NCBI GenBank assembly: GCA_009602725.1
Contig: WELB01000024.1
Coordinates: forward strand, 133,173 to 173,362
Length of the DNA stretch: 40,190 nt
From: Spirogloea muscicola
Lineage: Eukaryota
Direction: 5' to 3'
Position 1 is the first letter of the stretch. Each line of letters begins with the position of its first letter. The translations under genes were made by a program, and so were the position numbers. Positions 36,452-40,190 of the stretch are shown piece by piece. A model generated the notes under the pieces. It worked only from the letters and a program-made list of their open reading frames with translations. It made no database searches and was not told the origin of the DNA.

Positions 36452-39400
36452 TTACCGAACAGCCCACTGGAAGTTGAGGTTGCCATCCACAGCGTCCTGG
36501 AATACAAAAGCAGAGATGCCGACGAAGAAGACGAACAAGGTGGCAATGAGGATCTGGAAGAGGAAGTTGGGGGTATCCTTCTGCCGAGGAATTGCCATCA
36601 CTCTGCACTGGCCACATCCAATACCAGAGTAAGTGCTGGATGAGGTACACATGGCCAGAATGCACAGCTGTAGTTGCACAACAACATGATGCTGGCACCG
36701 CTTTCAGTGACGAATGAACCTGCATGCTTGGGGGCAGCCAGCTTCCCAACCAAGAGGGCTGGGGGCTAGGACGCAATTGTGCTATGTCTGTGAATGACTC
36801 ACTCGTGTACACGTCGAGCAAGTCGGCTGAAAGGAAGGCTCTGAAGGAAGACCACGCCTGGCCCAGTGAGGTGCGCATAGAAGAGGCCTTCACCCTAAAC
36901 GCACAGTTGCAACAATCACAAAAGCAGCAACACTTGCGCAATTTAGTACGCTCAACGTGCGTATAATCTGCCAACAACAAACAGCCAACCACCTTGCAGC
37001 ATGCAGCGCCCCACTTGCAAATCAGGGTGAGAGCTAACAGATGGTGGAGAAAGCTGGAGCAGGGAAAATGCCAGTACCCCAAAGATGGCGCGCTTGATGG
37101 ATCCAACATACTTGATGTCGAAGTCCACAGTCTTTGTCATTGCAACAACGCAGCCAGCATCTACCACCACTACCTCGCCTTGTCCTAAATTTTTCTGCAC
37201 AACTGTTTCCTACGAAGCAGTCAGGGACTGAGGATGCACGTGACAGAAGACCTTGCAAAGCACACTGGAGCTCCCCTACAGAAGTTGTGTGCTTACACGG
37301 ACACTGAAGTGTGCATCGAGCTGTCAGCATGGGGTGCAATACCCTGCACCTTGATGAGATCCCCAGTGGTGTTTAAGCAGGAAAATAGCAACTTACTTGA
37401 TCCTCCAGCTGTTATGAAGGCCAAACCCCTGCCAACCAACTTTTGCATAAAGAACCCCTGCAAAGAAAAGTCATGCAGTTGAGAGGAACATTGATGTGAG
37501 ATGGTCAAATAGACCTACAGATTATCAAGAGGGATAATGAAGGCAATTTGAGCCTCTCACCTCCCCGCCAAAAATGCCAACGCGCACTCTCTTTGTAACT
37601 TCCGAGGTGACCATGACTTCATTGATGGAGCAGAGATAGGCATCCCTCTGGAAAGATAATAGCATAAAGCGCAAGGCAACCCTTGAGTCGAAGACAATTG
37701 CAACACAAGAGGTGATGAGCTCAGTCTCAATCCTTGAATAACATGACACCTGACAGCACAATACGGGTTGCAGACTGGCTTACAGAGCTACCTGACAGAT
37801 GATCTCTCCACCATACATCTGCAGATCAAGCTGCACACAGTGATAGGAGTATAGCTTTAGTATCTGGTGAGTGTGGCATCTACTAGGTCATACTCTGTCT
37901 TGCACAATGTTAAACATGCATAAGCAACCAATGGAGGCCACCTAGTGAAGTAAAACGAAATAAACATGGCAGGTCAAGAGGTCATACAGGGAGGATCTTA
38001 GCAAGCGTGGGAGTTGCAAATCCAATGTACCCATCCAAGGGGCCTCTGTTGACAAACCTGCAGAAGCACAATAGAGAATAGGACTTGCTTGAGTCTGCAA
38101 TCAAACTCATCACTTTGTGCCAGTTGATAGCTTATTATGGCCAACACAGGATGTGAGGTGAAAATTCCATCTTTACAGGATACACCATAAACATAAGGGC
38201 CTGAACCTGTCACATTCCTTGGCGAAGGGAGGGTTGGTGCGGCGCAAGGGATCATGGAGATATATGACAGTACAAAGCAATAAAGGTACAATATGTCGTG
38301 TCTGTATCATGTTTGGACACAGGAGTGCAAACAGGCCTGACATATCATTTCTTAAGTACAAGGTAAACACTGTGATCCTGAACTGTCAAATTGCGCCTGT
38401 GACACATACTTAAGCACTTTTGCAAAGGGGATAATTGTCTGGAAATCTTGCAGGGTACGAGGTTTTGTGATCGACACAGGGGAACTCACGTGTTTGTAAA
38501 GAAGCTCTCGCCAGACACCCATCGCCGGAAGCTAGCCACGAACCCCCCTGGTCCTATGATAGTGGCCACATTGATCGAACCGCTCATGTAGCACATAGCA
38601 CCTGCAGGACCACTGGTGCATAAATTGCCGTCAAGGCATTCCTAAGTAAGCAAAGCCTGACAGGACAAATACCTCTATAGCCCAGATAGCGCACAGACAG
38701 GTCCAAGTATTGCAGATATGAAAGAAATGGCTACAACGCTACTAGGTGTCTGAAAAGTTGATGTATAACCGGCTCTCCTTGTCAGCCGGATCTGAACCTA
38801 ACACAAATTGAAATAATCAGTTGCATGCTACTTTCTCATGACGAACACAGAACAGTAGGCTGCAATGAGCAACAGGATAGCTGCAGAAGCTGCAACAGTA
38901 ACTAGCAGTTAGTTAGAGACATCAGTCCGCCTGGGTGGTTTCTGGTGAAAATAGCAGCTTCCAGAAGTGTACCTGGCTCGGCCTGCACGGTCTGTCCTGG
39001 CAACAGCAGGATCTGCCAGTTTCAAGTATTGCAGTGATCAGTCCCACCCAGGCTTGACAAGCTGGCCAAGTCTTAGTGACCGGTGAGAGCAATCTGGGAC
39101 TGAGGGCTGGATCAATTGAAGCTTAAGCCCAAGCCGGGGAGGCGAGAGGAAGGAGGATTCGTGTATTTGAAACAAACGAAGGCCAAATGCAAGAGGCGAT
39201 ATGTACACTGCTCTCATACATGTATGTAGCCATGTTAGTCAATTCAGCTAAAATAGCCATGTAATAAATTCAGCTCAAAGTCCAAGGCGCAAGCAGTACA
39301 CAGCACCTGCACAATCTGAGCCTCGCCCCCAAGGATCTGGAAAGGTGTGATGACGGCCTGAGGGCTCTGCATGCCGCATCCGCGGCGCCAGCCCCCACCA

Positions 39401-39597
39401 ACCAGTCAGCTGCTGGCATGGCTTGGTGCCAGGATCAGCTAGTTCTAACGTAGGGTCTAAGACGTGCGGCAGGCTGCCAAGCGCCTCGCAGCCTAATAAG
39501 CGACGGGGGATTTGCAGTTTAGACATCAACGTTAGGAATAGCGCTGCACCTGGTAGACATATGGCTGGAACGGCGTGTTGATCGTCGGCGCCGCCAT
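36452..39597 (-). CDS. AIM24-family (TRAP-like) protein, plant type with C-terminal TM
   Basis: 11 exons: 39597-39550, 39366-39307, 39012-38973, 38601-38490, 38057-37988, 37830-37792, 37647-37561, 37457-37397, 37202-37078, 36894-36803, 36602-36452. Motifs [86 protein letters not shown]. Confidence 0.92.
39145..39190 (-). repeat. Family-A 3' UTR remnant in intron 2 of the AIM24-family gene
   Basis: The reverse complement contains ttggccttcgtttgtttcaaatacacga, identical to 4738-4765. Confidence 0.7.
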
Positions 39598-40082
39598 GGC
39601 CGCCTCGGCAGTCCGAGAACGTCACGAGCCCCCTTGTCGTCCTCGTATCGTGCTGCACTAAGGCGGCGCCCTCGCTGCCGCCACCGCTGCCACCCTTACC
39701 GCTGCTTCCCTGTGACTGCTGTGCATAGCAGCATGAGTAGCAGCTGCCCACCCGCCGCGATCGCCGCCGCCGCCTCACGCCGACGTCGCGCCTGGCGACG
39801 CGGTGCGCAGGGCAAGCGCGTGGCTGCGCCGCATGCCGGCGAGCTCGGGCGCCGTCGCCGCCGCCGCTGCAGCCGCGGCGGCGAGGGCGAGGGAGGCGTT
39901 GGCCGCCATGGCCGGCCTTCCAGGGTCCACCGCGCGGGAGACCAGCGGCTGTCGTTCAGAGCAGACGGCTGACTTACCACTTTCCACAACAATTTCAACG
40001 GTGCGTCAATGGAGGAGCAGCCATGGCCGTCTGAGAGCGAGAAGCCTTCATCGCTGGCCCTCAGCCTCGCGAGAGCCAGGCC

Positions 40083-40190
40083 ATGGCCGCCCCCGGCGGC
40101 GGCGGCTGGAGCGAGGAGGCTCTGGCTCAGGCCTGGCGGCGCGTGCTGGCGCGCCTGGGCCCCGCGGACGTGGCCCGCGCCGCAGCGGCC
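40083..40190 (+). CDS. Start of a probable F-box protein (partial; runs off the window)
   Basis: MAAPGGGGWSEEALAQAWRRVLARLGPADVARAAAA fits the F-box pattern (..VL..L.P.D..RA..). Only 36 codons are visible. Confidence 0.5.
   Translation, partial: MAAPGGGGWSEEALAQAWRRVLARLGPADVARAAAA

Overview
GC-rich, intron-rich eukaryotic DNA with a plant-type gene set. It is probably a streptophyte green alga or early-diverging plant (inference; the species cannot be fixed from the window). Genes were rebuilt by hand from splice sites and phase. From 5' to 3': a decayed Pro/Ala-rich ORF; a tail-anchored ankyrin-repeat gene (-); a GT14-like/DUF266 glycosyltransferase (-); a PRLI-interacting-factor-A-like gene with HEXIM-like architecture (+); an orphan helical protein (+); a frameshifted CYP26-2-like cyclophilin interrupted by a poly(A)/N block (-); an intact 17-exon HAP2/GCS1 gamete fusogen (+); SEX4 phosphoglucan phosphatase (-); an LEA-like ORF (+); a CaaX-terminated G-protein-gamma-like protein with a long internal insertion (-); an AIM24-family gene (-); and the start of an F-box gene (+). 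Many 5'-truncated copies and solo 3' ends of restriction-like-endonuclease (CRE-like) non-LTR retrotransposons are present. Many end in a GGCTG...CAGCC hairpin and almost all lie in gene-upstream regions. The best leads are the HEXIM-like protein, the promoter-associated retroelement family and the atypical G-gamma. Family assignments rest on motifs recalled from memory; no searches were run.
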